Under the pieces are notes generated by a model that saw only the letters and a program-made list of their open reading frames with translations, had not been told where the DNA came from and ran no database searches. The position numbers and the translations under genes were made by a program. A stretch of DNA of 64,000 nucleotides from Felis catus (Eukaryota): contig NC_058373.1 of assembly GCF_018350175.1 (NCBI RefSeq), forward strand, positions 99,884,001 through 99,948,000, given 5' to 3'. The first letter of the stretch is position 1; each line of letters opens with the position of its first letter. This document shows positions 1 to 12,240 of the stretch, piece by piece.

Positions 1-169
1 AATTACTAGAAATAACTCTGAAATTCTTTCCCACCAACACTGAACTTAATTACAGACAGGCGTTGTAAACAGAATCTATGAGAAGGAAGAGCAAAACAAG
101 GAAAACAAAGAAATTCTTGCATAGTAAGTATTGTTTTGTTTATGTGTTTCATTATGAACAAATATATTT

Positions 170-360
170 TTTATTTTTTAATTTTTTTATAACATTTTTT
201 ATTTGTTTTTGAGAGAGCGCAAGCAGGGGAAGGGCAGAGAGGGGGTGGACAGAGGATCCAAAGTGGGCTCTAAGCTGACAGTAAAGAGCCCAATGTGGGG
301 CTTGAACTCATGAAAGATGAGACTGTGACCTGAGCCGTGACTAAGTCACCCAGGCACCCC
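170..360 (-). mobile_element. Can-SINE (SINEC)
   Basis: Reverse complement of the ggggtgcctgggtgactta head, CT-rich part and A-tail. Flanking repeat aacaaatata(t/g)tt. Confidence 0.9.
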
Positions 361-1050
361 AAACAAATATAGTTCCTAAATATTGTATTCTCAATGTTAG
401 ACACATCTTCTATGTTTATAAAAATGAGGTGATTTCTAGGGGCTTGGTAAAGAACAAACTAGCTTATCAGGTTTGCATTTACTTTAAGAAAAGCAAATCA
501 TCTCATGTTTTCCTATAACAAACAGACCACTGTGAATTATTGGGTCCATGCTCATAAAATACCAGATTGCTTTCTCTTAGGAAAAACAGATTATGATCAG
601 AAAGTTTTGAAAGCAGAGAACAGAGCTTAATCAGAAATTCCTCCCAGGGACTATGGGAAGCAATTGAGGATGAATCAGAACACTCAGACTGAAGAAGCAT
701 CAGGTACTAGTTGTGTGTTCAAGGTTTTCCTGATGCCACATTCAACTTTATGTAAGACATGCAAGGCATGGGAGCCCCTGCCTTGCATCTTAGCACTTGG
801 GAGGGCCTTTGGAATAGAAATGGAAAAGGGACATAGCTTCTGAGGGAAGCTGGGCAACTGTGGACTACTGACTTTGTGGAATAACTTTGGGACAATGTAG
901 AAAGAGGGAGCATTATTCCGAAGGAAAAACAACAACCCATTGTATATATTATCAAGGATTAAAAATATCAAAGTAAACTTTTAGAAATCCTTGATAGCCT
1001 TGAAAAAAATACATTTTTACAAAGCATAAAGTAACACAGATTCTGAGAGC

Positions 1051-1273
1051 AGGGCGGGTGACTGGGTGGCTCAGTCGGTTGAACATCTGACTTCAGCCCA
1101 AGTCCTCATCTTGTGATCTGTGAGATGGAGTCCCGCGTCGGGATTTGTGCTGACAGTTTAGAGTCTGGAGACTGCTTCAGATTCTGTGTCTCCTTTTCTC
1201 TTTGCCCCTCTCCCACTCATATTCTCTCTCTCGCTCTCTCTCAAAAATAAATAGTTTTTAAAAATTAAAAAAA
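1051..1273 (+). mobile_element. Can-SINE (SINEC_Fc type)
   Basis: tRNA-like head tggctcagtcggtt, (CT)n and A-tail. 15-bp TSD acagattctgagagc at 1036-1050 and 1275-1289. Confidence 0.95.
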
Positions 1274-2519
1274 TACAGATTCTGAGAGCTATAAACACTT
1301 GAAAGCAGAAAGTGCTTGCAATCTACTACTTAAGATGGCATGATCTAAAACAAAAATTCTTAATAGATGGTAAGAAATTATCTAAAATGCATCCTCCACC
1401 AAATTTGTTTTTTTAAATCCTGCCTAAGCCTGAGATTTTTTTTTTTTTTATTGACTTCTGAATAAGAATTTGGAAAGTCCCAATGTGAAATGTCCAAGAA
1501 GAAATTTCATGATCATAGCTCAGTGGTGTTCTTCCGTGATAAACATGGGAAAGCAATGTTACATTCCATCAACCTCACAGAATGGATTTTAGGATGTGTT
1601 ACCTAGGCCTTCCTTCAGCCTCCTAGAGTTTACTTTCCTTCTCTTAAGGGTTCTTCTTTATGCTGCAATGAATTATGGTCCTAGTTTGATAAAAAACTTG
1701 AATACACAGTTTCAAACCTCTTTCCCCCACATATTCGCCAAACATCTTAGGCAACATCTTTCACTTCTCTGAGCCTTAGTTTCATTATTTGTAATACAAA
1801 AATGAAAATATATACCACTCAGATCTTCCTTCCTAGGGCTTGAGTATAACTCCTTTTCTAAAACATGCAGTATCTTTCCCTATATATCTGAGAATTTACT
1901 TCAGTTTGATAGCAGCTCTATTTTCTCTTAGTTATGCTCTCAATGTTAGACATCTTACATGTTTATAAAAATTGTATTTGAGGGGATTTCTAGGGGCTTG
2001 GGAAAGAACAATCATATGGTTTACAGGTTTTGCATTTACTCTTAGAAAGGCAAATTATTTATTTTAGAAAGGCAATTATTTATCTTCAACCATCCAATTT
2101 ATTATGGATTTTTTTTTCCACCTTGGCTCCTGAAAAGATACAAAGAACTATCCTATCATTTCCTTTGTCTCTCTTTCCCACATTTCTTGGTTTTCATGGG
2201 TAGAAAAAATTTATACTCATATCCATACTAACAACATGACCTGTCCTTTTTCCCCATCATCCCATAAAATGTTGTCAGTCTGAAAATTTCAGACCATTAA
2301 TCCATATTCACTCAAAAAAATTTTTTAAGGAAAATTGCTCTAAGATTTCTCCTCTTACTATCAATCCACATCTATCTGCAGCCATCACCCCAATACCTGC
2401 CCCCATCCCCTGCTTCTACCTGACTCGTGATCCACGGGGAACACTTTTGACTTACAGTCAGTATTTCTGATTTGAATTCTGGTTTGATTCCTTAAAAGCT
2501 CTAGAAAAATCCCCTTAAT

Positions 2520-2680
2520 CAGAGTTCCCAGTTGGGTTCACTATCAGCATCATCTGGGAAGCCTTTTAACTGTTGAAGCAAAGTCTTGGAGGTTGAGTTG
2601 AGGAGTGAAGTACAGGAATCTATTTTATGAAATGTTCTCCTAGGTGATGCAAATGAAGACTTAAGTTTGGGATCAAGTTG
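2520..2680. mobile_element. MER5-like hAT-Charlie MITE within MIR remnants
   Basis: Motifs tcagcatcatctgggaagc, ggaatctatttt and ctcctaggtgatgc...aagtttggga resemble the recalled MER5A. Flanked by MIR-like sequence. Confidence 0.55.
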
Positions 2681-3859
2681 CCAAATCCTCTGAATTACTT
2701 TCCTAGCCTACAAAATGCCAGGCCTATTTTATAGTGATATCATGAAGGTTAAGCAAGGCAATGTATGGACAGAGCATTATAAATTAAAAATTAAATATAA
2801 TACAAGGTATTATAAGTCAATATTCTTGTGGAATTTGGAGTAGAATAGTCCATTGTCAATCATTTCTGCAGCAACATACACAGACGCTGAGCAACAAACA
2901 TTGTCAATGCTAATGATCTGAAATGCTCATAGTATAAAATCTCAGGGCGTACCAGAACACAACTTTAAAAGCATATAAAGTGATTTTAAAACCAACAGAC
3001 AAAATATTTTTACTGTACTTTCAAATAAAAACCATCTAAAAATAAATTTCACCCTTTCTGACTTCTTGAATTACATTGACTTCATGGTGGGAATTTGCTT
3101 CTCAAAGTCCTAGTGTTGTAGGAAACCAGAGAAACATTGGAACACTTTGAAGCCAAATTAAAGGAAGAAAACTGATGTGCAAATACTGGTCTCTGTTCTT
3201 CCCATACCTAAGTTGTTTCCTGAAACTATAATAATTGAGATGCTAAGGGAGGTTTACTAAATCAGTCCCCATTTTGTGCATTTTATATTGCAAGGAAATA
3301 AATGGTACTCTAATAGCTTGGGAAAAAAACTGCAGGAAATGACTTCAGCTTTGGAGAGTTTCTAATTCATTATAATTTCTAGGATAAAATATTTACCTAC
3401 AACTTTTAAGTCCCTGGAGAGTTTAATCTACTTAAGCTAATGCAGGCTGGTAAAAAGGGATTATTACTCTAAAATAATTGAAATTGTCATTTTGCAAAGA
3501 TCATGGGCTTTACATTCAATCTATCATGGATGCTTGAGTTTCCTCTTTCAAGAAATAGAAACATTTGAAGTTTATTTTTTTTCATTCTTTGGGGGGGAGG
3601 CATCTAATAAGCCTATAATCTAAATTTCATAATTTACAATCCAGAGTTCAACCCCATTAATTCAACAACACTTTATAATATCTGGCTCCTGTTCCTCTCT
3701 GGTCCCCTAGACTTCATTTCTCCAAATACCTTTCATTCCATATGGAACTCCTTTTGTTGTTTCTGCATGTACCAGTTGTATGATGACCTGGAAGGTGCAG
3801 AAATGACCTAGTGTGTGCAGAAACAATACCATGAGCACCCTGTTATCACCTATCCTCTC

Positions 3860-4165
3860 TCTGGAAAATCCAACTTCTACTCATTCTTCAAAATTCAGCT
3901 CAAGGATCCTCTCTCCTAGAAAGTTTTCTGGGCCCTACCCTGATTTAGCTGCCCCTCCTCTGGGATTCCCTACCATCCTGGGCATATCTCTGTCCTAGCA
4001 CCAAACACAACAGGCGAAAATGATTTCCACATCTCTCCCACACACTAGATGCTAAAGATTCAGGTAATGGACCGTGCCTAATTTGACTCTGTATCCACAG
4101 CACTTAGCTCAGGGTCTAGCACCATAGATGTTTGTTGGTGAAGGAAGTTTCTGTAATGAATAAGT
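3860..4165 (+). mobile_element. L2 3' end fragment
   Basis: ctactcattcttcaaaattcagctcaag and ctctgtatccacagcacttagctcagggtctagcac...tgtttgttg are typical L2 3' motifs. Confidence 0.65.
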
Positions 4166-4914
4166 GATATGATCTAAAGATGTATTACATGAAACCTCAG
4201 AAAATCAATTATGCCATTGTAAGTATTCCAATTTTTGGTGTAGCTAGATTTTTTTTTTTTAGATGGGAGAAGGTGAACTCCACCTCTCTGGTAAGCAAGT
4301 AGGCAATACAGACAGTCACCTTGGATGATATTCCTTGTTTTGTCAGTTGAATCATTCTTATATGTAAAGGAAACATAAGCCAAGTTCCTCTGCCTATAAA
4401 AAAGGACAATGGAGACCATTCCTCTTTGGAATGCAAAATTCCAAGAATGGGTGAACTTATTTGCATAAGTATCCTGGCCTTCAAAAGACCTTCCCAATGG
4501 GCCAGAGTGTCCCTGAACAATACTTAGGGACAGGGAAGGACAGAAAAGGAAGGATCCCCAAAATAAACCTGGAGGGTAGAAAAGTACTGAATTGTTAGCT
4601 GAACTCAGGACTGAGTGGATAGAGAAGAGCAATAAGGATCCTGGGTCAACAGATGCCAGATGCCAGAACTTCATCAGCCCAGCCTCAGGGAATTTTTGGA
4701 CCATGGGCAAGTAGCTATGTATGAACCAAAAGAGCTAGTTCTTAAAAGCTATAACAATTGGGGGATCCTGGCCTTCGCCTGGCACAGAGTTTCTGAATGT
4801 CAAGGTAATGGGTCATCTTCACTGCTGTGATGGGCGTTTTTTCATACTAGCACCAACAAGAACAAAGCAGAATAGTCGTAGCCCACCCCATCATCTCCCA
4901 TTGCCCCTCCTGTG

Positions 4915-5362
4915 TCAGAGGCTACAGATTGATTTAGACCATTTTTCATTGCTGTTTCCCACTGTAGAGATTGGAAAAGCAAATCTAGGACTTGCTTCCC
5001 AACTCTTTTGCAGGTAGGAATGGTTGTGTGGCCCATGTATGACATTCAAGCAGAAGTCTCCCAAGGAACTTGACTGTGCCTTGTTTCCATATAAAATGGA
5101 GAAAGATATACCTGGTACCACCTGCCCTCCTTTATTCCTACCTTGAATATATGCTCAATGCTTGATCTTCAGCAAGCATCTTGCAGTCTAGAGTAAACAA
5201 GCCATTACATTATGGATGGCAAAGCGGAAAGAACCTAGGACATTGATACTATCGTGGAGCTGCTATATCAGCAGACTTATCACTTAAATAAAATAAAATC
5301 CCATGTGTTTACACTGTTGTTAGATTACCTGTTACATGCAGTTAAAGCATTCTTAACTGATA
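4915..5362 (+). mobile_element. MaLR MLT1-type solo LTR (old)
   Basis: Internal gcatcttgc and ggatggcaaagcggaaaga motifs; 3' terminus ctgttacatgcagttaaagcattcttaactgata. Confidence 0.65.
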
Positions 5363-5879
5363 TAATATTCACACCCACAGTCCTATTCATCAGATACTAG
5401 TAACCACAAGTGAAACCTAGACATCTGGGGGAGGTAGCCTTTAGCAGGAAATCTGGTAGAGTGCTACTCAGTACAGAATCGTGCTCTCAAGTATTGCATT
5501 TTGGGATGCCAGGGGGATGGTCTCTTCAGCCAAACAAAGGACAATGTAGATATGAGTATGTTCATTTTTAAAGTTCAGGATTGAAGAGCAAACTCCAAAT
5601 ACCAGAAAGTGAAAGAAAAGTAAGCTGAATAAAAAAACATGTGCTGACACAGGCATCTCAAACCCTAGAATAAGAAGTAAAACTTCTAGAAGGTCAAATA
5701 CAAACCAAATTGTTAATAGTGGTTATTACTTGACTCTGTAGTTGGAGTTGGAAGGAAGTGAGGCAGCCATTGCATTTTAAAATATATTTTTGTATATTTC
5801 TGCATTCTTTGAATTTTTGTTATAAGAATGTATGGCTTTGCTAATAGGAAAAAATTCTGATAAATAAACCCACCTCTAA

Positions 5880-6095
5880 GATGATACTTATCAAATGGTT
5901 ACTATGCATTCTTCCATTTAATCGTTAACACTATGCAGTGAGCAGTTTCTTTATTTTCACCAATAAAGAAACTAAGGTGTAAGGACCTCAAGTAACTTTA
6001 CAGTATCACACAGCTAGTGCCTGGGAGAATAAGGACTCAAAGATTCCTCAATCCAGATTCAAAATCCATTCTCCACCCACTGTGCATACTGCCTC
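5880..6095 (-). mobile_element. MIR
   Basis: Reverse-complement MIR core: ttattttcac...aagaaactaagg...aagtaacttt...tcacacagctagt. Confidence 0.6.
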
Positions 6096-6124
6096 TCCCA
6101 GATGTTTCTGTATGTGCAGATATT

Positions 6125-6585
6125 TTTTTCTTTTTTTTTTTTTTTAGCGATCTGATTTATTTTTTATTTAAATTTTAGTTAACATACAGTGCAATATTGG
6201 CTTCAGGAGTAGAATGCATTGATTCATCACTTATGTACAACACCCAGTGCTCATCACAACAAGTGCCCTCCTTAATACCCATCACCCATGTAGACCATCT
6301 CTCACCCACCTCCCTCCATCAACCCTCAGTTTGTTCTCTATTGTTAAGAGTCTTTCTTCGTGGTTTGCTTTCCACTCTTTTCTTCCCCCTGCCCACCCTC
6401 CCCATATATTCGTCTGTTTTGTTTCATAAATTCCATGTGAGTGAAATCATATGGTATTTGTCTTTCTCTGATTGACTTATTTCACTTAGCATAATACATT
6501 CTAGTTCTATCCACATTGCTGCAAATGGCAAGATTTCATTCTTTCTGATGGCTGAGTAATAGTCCATCGTGTATATATACATATA
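6125..6585 (-). mobile_element. 5'-truncated carnivore L1 (3' UTR and ORF2 tail)
   Basis: Poly-T followed by cacccagtgctcatcacaacaagtgccctcc and ttgctgcaaatggcaagatttcattc. Homologous to the other L1 3' ends in this window. Confidence 0.9.
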
Positions 6586-6641
6586 TAAAACAAGAATGAG
6601 CCTACCTTCTTTTAGTGTCTCATTAGGGATTTGCTTACTGT

Positions 6642-7240
6642 TGTTAAAAAAGAAGCCTAGGGGTTGCCTGGGTGGCTCAGTCGGTTAAGCATCTGACTTC
6701 AGCTCAGGTCATGATCTCATGGTTCATGGGTTTGAGCCCCACCTCAGGCTCTGTGCTGACAGCTCAGAGCCTGGAGACTGCTTCGGATTCTGTGTCTCCC
6801 TCTCTCCCCTCCCCTGCTTCTCTCTGTCTCTCTCTGTCTCTCAATAATAAATAAACGTTAAAAAAAAAAAAAGAAGCCTAAAATGAAGTCATTTGCCCTC
6901 AAAGACAGAAAACCAAGATTTAATTACAGTTTCAGTCTTTCCCAGGAATGTGATCTTTTAACATTCAATCTGACATGTCCTGATCAGCACTAATGCTGCA
7001 TGACAAAATCCTCCCTTCCCTTCCTCCCCAAAAGATGTCCTTTTTTTTTCCCTTTTTTTCCTTTTTCTCCTTTTACTAATAACTTCTTGTCCCACCCTTC
7101 TTCCTATAAAATCCTTCCATTTTGTACACCTCCTCAGAGCATCTCCCCACTTGCTGGATGGGATGCTGCCTGACTCATAAATCGTTGAATAAAGTCAATT
7201 AGATCTTTACATTTACTCAGTTGAATTTTGTTTTTTAACA
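6642..7240 (+). mobile_element. ERV1-class solo LTR with nested SINE
   Basis: Termini tgttaaaaaa...ttttttaaca (10-bp inverted repeat, TG..CA). 4-bp TSD ctgt at 6638-6641 and 7241-7244. TATA-like tataaaa near 7105 and aataaa near 7188. Confidence 0.85.
6660..6866 (+). mobile_element. Can-SINE nested in the LTR
   Basis: Full SINE head, (CT)n and A-tail. TSD aaaaaagaagccta. Confidence 0.95.
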
Positions 7241-8377
7241 CTGTTTACATTTGTCAAGACCGTCTAGGGCTAGTGTGTCCCTGGAGTCCAATCCTGGTAA
7301 CTTTGGGGAAGAGCTTTAAATGCATTAGTCACTAAATATAGTAAACCAGACATTCAGAAGGAGTTTCATGGCACAAAGAATCGGGTGACTGGTTATGCTG
7401 TATCTCTAAGAAGGAAATATGTTTAAATGTGAGGAAAATTAATTCTTCAAAAGCAGGCATCATAGCTATATAAAATATTGGCATGAGAAACCAAATCCAG
7501 ACTGCATCTAATGTCAGAGGAAATGAGTGCTTTATTTGATTAAAAGGCTGACGTGAAATTTTGCCTAGTATAAGTCAGGAGGGCTGTCTGGAATATTTCA
7601 CAAGACTCCAGATTCTGTATCTATTTTTTAGAGCTCTTGAGACCTATGTAAGGACTTGACCCTGGGTTATCCAAACTAAATCTTGGATAAGCTTCCATTA
7701 ACTTATCTTATTTGCATAAGGCTTATTTTAAGAGACTCTGAAATTACAACCTACAACCATAAAGTATTACAACCATAAAGTATTAGAAATTACAACCTAC
7801 AACCATCTCTAAGTGGGAGAGATGTTTGAATTCTCTGCTTAGTCAATAATCCAGTATTAGGCCATTTATGTATTTGTGAATTGTATATATTCTCAACACA
7901 GGAAGAAATGTTATGGCAAAAAGACTTTATATGGTGTCAACTCCCTAAATGGCTGTGAAGGAGAGTCAGGTTTAAGTCCAAGTTTTGCCATTAATAAACT
8001 CTATGATACCCAGATTTTTATCTCAAACTCAGGCTTGCATATTCAGCTCCTTAACTCTACATGTCTAGTTATTATTTTTAAATTGATTTCTAGTTTAATT
8101 GCACCATGATCAGAGAATATATTCTGAAAAATTTTAGTCCTTTAGCAATTTTTGAGACTTGGTTTATGACTCAGAATATTTCATTTTTTATAAATGTTCT
8201 TAAGCATGCTTAAAACAAATATATACATTGCAGTTGGGTGAAGTTAGGTCAAGTTTATTAATGACATTGTTTACATCTTTAATAACTTCTCTTTGTTTTT
8301 TTCTGCTGACTCCATTAACTACTTAGGTACTTAAAAATCTAATATGATGGCAAATTTGTGAATGTCTATTAATTTTT

Positions 8378-8583
8378 AAAAAGTTTTTTATGTCTATTTT
8401 TGAGAGAGAGAGACAGAGTGCAAGTGGGGGAGGGTCAGGAGAGAGAGGGAGACCCAGGATCTGAAGCAGGTTCCAGGCTCTGAGCTGTCAGCATAGAGCC
8501 AGATGCAGGGCTCAAACTCAAGAACTGTGAGATGACCTAAGCCCAAGTCAGACACTTAACTGACTGAGCTCTCCAGGTGCCCC
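8378..8583 (-). mobile_element. Can-SINE
   Basis: Reverse-complement SINE. TSD atg(t/c)ctattaattttt. Confidence 0.93.
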
Positions 8584-8627
8584 TATGCCTATTAATTTTT
8601 GCTTCGTATAATTTGAAACTGTGTTAT

Positions 8628-8649
8628 GATTTTTTTAAGCTTTATTTAT

Positions 8650-8692
<43 letters not shown>

Positions 8693-8849
8693 ACAAGTAG
8701 GGGAGGGGCAGAGAGAGGGAGAGACAGAATCCCAAACAGGCTCAGTGCCATCAGCACACAGCCCCATGTGGGGCTCAAAGTCACGTACCTGTGAGATCAT
8801 GACAGATCAAGAGTTAGTTGTTTAACTGACTGTGCCACCCAGGCGCCCC
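8628..8849 (-). mobile_element. Can-SINE
   Basis: Reverse-complement SINE with (GA)n. TSD tgaaactgt(g/t)ttat. Confidence 0.93.
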
Positions 8850-9012
8850 TGAAACTGTTTTATTAAGTGATTGCAGATTTACAACTGTAATAACTTCCTG
8901 GTTAATTAAACGGTTTATCGTTATAAAGTGATCTTTCAGCATTGTCAACAACAGCCAAACTATGGAGAGAGCCCAAATGTTGAGTGACTGATGAACGGAT
9001 AAAGATGTGGTA

Positions 9013-9157
9013 GGGGTGCCTGGGTGGCTCAGTCAGTTGGGCGTCAGGATCTTGATTCTGGCTCAGATCACAATCTCACAGGTTTGTGGATTCAAGCCCC
9101 ACTTCTGGCTCTCTCTCCCCTGACAGGGCAGAGACTGCTTGGGATTCTCTCTCTTTC

Positions 9158-9188
<31 letters not shown>

Positions 9189-9472
9189 CTTTGTCCCTTC
9201 CCTCTGTGTGTGCACTCTCTCTCTCTCTTAAAACTAAATAAATATAGGGGTGCCTGGGTGGCTCAGTCTGTTAAGTGACCAGACATTGGCTCAGGTCATG
9301 ATCTCACATTCGTGGGTTTGAGCCCCAAGACGGGCTCTGTACTGACAGCTCAGATCCTGGAGCTTGCTTTGGATTCTGTGTCTCCCTCTCTCTCTGCCCC
9401 TCTTCTGCTTGTGCTCTGTCTCTCAAAAATAAATAAATGTTAAAAAAATTTTTTTTAAAAAATAAACATAAA
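9013..9472 (+). mobile_element. two Can-SINEs, the second (from 9247) inserted in the tail of the first
   Basis: Two ggggtgcctgggtggctcagtc heads. Outer TSD aaagatgt(g/a)gta; inner repeat aaataaa(t/c)ata. Confidence 0.9.
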
Positions 9473-9481
9473 AAAGATGTA

Positions 9482-9514
9482 GTATATATATATGTTTGTA
9501 TATATATACATATA

Positions 9515-9570
<56 letters not shown>
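9482..9570. repeat. compound (TA)n/(TG)n/(CA)n microsatellite
   Basis: Directly visible, expanded inside the L1 fragment. Confidence 0.95.
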
Positions 9571-9997
9571 ATGGAACATTACTCAGTTATCAAAAAAAAT
9601 GAAATCTTGCCATTTACAACAACATGGGTGGAACTAGAGGGTGTTGTGCTAAGCAAAATAAGTCAATCAGAGAAAAGACAAATATATAATTTCACTCGTG
9701 GAATTTAAGTAACAAAACAAATGAACTTTTGGGAAGGGGGATAAAAAGAAAAGAAAGGGAAACCACAAGAGACTCTTAATGATAGAGAACAAACTGAGGG
9801 TTGATGGAGGGAGGTGGGTGGGAGATGGGTTAGATGGATGATATTAAGAAGGGCACTTCTTAAATAAACAAAAAAGAAGGGCACTTTTTCTGATGAGCAC
9901 TGGGTGTTGTGTTGTATGTAAGTGATTAATCACTGAATTCTACTCCTGAAACAAATATAGCTCTGTGTATTAACTAAAATATAAATAATAATAGTGA

Positions 9998-10218
9998 GGG
10001 GCGCCTGGGTGGCGCAGTCGGTTAAGCGTCCAACTTCAGCCAGGTCACGATCTCACAGTCCGTGAGTTTGAGCCCCGCGTCAGGCTCTGGGCTGATGGCT
10101 CAGAGCCTGGAGCCTGTTTCCGATTCTGTGTCTCCCTCTCTCTCTGCCCCTCCCCCGTTCATGCTCTGTCTCTCTCTGTCCCAAAAATAAAAATAAACGT
10201 TGAAAAAAAAATTTAAAA
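9998..10218 (+). mobile_element. young felid SINE (SINEC_Fc)
   Basis: CpG-rich head ggggcgcctgggtggcgcagtcggttaagcgtcc. Perfect 15-bp TSD aaataataatagtga. Nearly identical to the copies at 34939 and 61213. Confidence 0.97.
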
Positions 10219-10665
10219 AAATAATAATAGTGATCTTTTATTTTAATAATGTTTAATGTCTATGTTATCTGACACTAAGGCTATCTTATCTGACCAGCTT
10301 TCTCTTACTTAGAAATTGAATGGCATATCTTTTTTCTATACTTTTAACCTTTTTTCTCTTTAACATGTATCTCTTATATGTTTTATATAATTGACTTTTT
10401 TGATTCTGCATGACAACCTTTTATCAAAAGTTTCCTGTTCTTTTAGTAGACACTCTAGAAATTACAAAATGCATACTTATTGCCTTTTATAGCCTAAAAT
10501 TAATCAACTTTATCTTTTTTCCAGAGAACTTAGAATACCTTTCTCCTCCTTTACCTACTTACGTATTGTTGTGTATGTGAGTTTCATCATGTTTGCTTTT
10601 TAAATCTCATAAGACATTATTGTTTTATGTGTTCAGTGCTCACACAGATTTGACTACAGACTTAC

Positions 10666-11311
10666 TGATGTGGAAATGTTGGCGTTCAGAGCTAATGGCC
10701 AAGAAAGAATTATTGAGACACCTTTGGTGCAAAATGGTTTTATTAAAGCATGGGGGCAGGACCCGTGGGCAGAAAGAGCTGCACTGGGGGTGACAGGTGA
10801 CTGATTATATACTTTCTTTGGAGCCTCCTTCAGATTCTGTGTCTCCTCTTCTCTCTGCCTCTCCCATGCTCATGCTCTGTCTCTGTTTTTCAATAATAAA
10901 TTAAAAAAAAACATTAAAAAAAAAAAGAATTTTGGAAACAAAGTTTCCAGGACCTTGAGGGGGATAGCTATTAGGAAAAGGTCATATATTACTCTTCAAT
11001 AAACTTAGTCATGAGACCTTTCAGATGTATATCATTGGCCCTATGCTTGGAGGATGACTGCTAACATGTATTTGGGGGGTTAGAGATAAAGGAAGTTTCC
11101 AAGGAATTTTTATATGTTAAAGTAGACTTACAGGATCCTGGGGGATAGGGATAATGTTAAATTAAGAATGCCTTTTGCCCTTAGCAAAGCTGTTCAGAGG
11201 CAGCTGAGCTCATAGAGGAAGGTCACTCTGCCTGTCTCAAGGACTTGTCGATGGGCTGTAAGTTGTAAGGAAATTGAATTTTTTTTTCTTTTGCCTTTGT
11301 TTCCCACATCC
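10666..11311 (-). mobile_element. solo LTR (carnivore ERV) with a nested partial SINE (10818-10926)
   Basis: Termini tgatgtgg...ccacatcc and 5-bp TSD cttac at 10661-10665 and 11312-11316. Minus-strand AATAAA near 10740. Confidence 0.8.
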
Positions 11312-11715
11312 CTTACCACTTTGCTTCTCATTCCCTTTTGGTTCTCTGTCCCTCAGTCTGGGGGCTCTTTCCTCCCATATGAAGTATAGATCCTGAATCT
11401 CTTTATTTTGCTGATGGCAACTCTCTGCTGTCCTGAAACGTCTTTATCTTATTCCTTTCCCTTGAAAAATATTTTCACTGAATATAAAATTTTCATTAGA
11501 AATTATTTTTCTGTCAGCCTGGTGAAAATATCATTCCACATGTTTTAGTTCAGCTATCTAACTGCCACTACTTTGAGTGTAATCTTTTTCTCTGTCACTC
11601 TTTAAGATTTTCTTTGCCTTTGATGTTCTCTAGTTTCCACTGTGTGCCTAGTGTGGATTTTTTAAATTTAATCTGTTTAGGAATTTATAAACTTCCTGAA
11701 TTAGTGAACTGATAT

Positions 11716-12240
11716 TGTTGGGGAGAGGAAAATTTTATTCTACCCTTCAAGTGTCTTTTGGCTGGTCTAAGAATTAAATGGACACAAGACAGATAAACCG
11801 GAGAAAATCAAATTTAATTATGTGTTTGTGGGGGCTCCATTAGTGTATGGGACTTATAAGGAGTCAGGCAATTGAGGCTTATATGCCATCCAGAGCTAAG
11901 AAGTGGGTAGAGGTTTGGGACTTGAAAGGGACGAAGGACAGTTCCCAGGAAAATGAAAAAGAATAAACGTTGCTGGGCCATACAAAAACGATGAGACATA
12001 GAGGAATCTTAACAGACTTCCCTAGGTTCCTCCCTGTCTACCGCCTCTAGTTCATATTACACTGTAGTCATCTATGGCGATTGCTCCCTTCCTGGAGTAG
12101 GTCCTCTATCTAAGTTATTTTAGACAGGTGGAAGGTCAAAGGTTCTTCCTGAGCCTTCTGTTTCTTAGATATAATGACTCCAAAATGAATCCACATGCTG
12201 AAAGGACACATTTTAGAATGGCAAAGTTTGTTCCCCTGTG
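11716..12240 (-). mobile_element. MER34/MER39-like ERV1 solo LTR
   Basis: Minus strand begins aggggaacaaactttgccattctaaaatgtgtcctttcagcatgtggattcattttg, like the recalled MER34 5' end, and ends ...tcctctccccaaca. Confidence 0.65.

Larger units (their letters stand above)
8937..9990 (+). mobile_element. 5'-truncated carnivore L1 3' end, interrupted by two SINEs
   Basis: acagccaaactatggagagagcccaaatgt...gaaatcttgccatttacaacaacatgg...tgatgagcactgggtgttg. Flanking repeat agtgatcttt at about 8927 and 10229. Confidence 0.9.

Noticed and set aside
1051..1140. tRNA genes at SINE heads
   Set aside because: The A/B-box heads are tRNA-derived but continue into SINE body, CT tract and A-tail with TSDs, so they are not tRNA genes.
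4174..4710. 178-aa minus-strand ORF as a gene
   Set aside because: No recognisable homology or domain, it runs through a homopolymer tract (KKKK), and I found no supporting exon structure.
6672..6854. Recurrent MAQSVKHLTSAQVMIS-type ORFs (also at 9024, 20877, 29357, 58414)
   Set aside because: These are translations of Can-SINE sequence, not a protein family.
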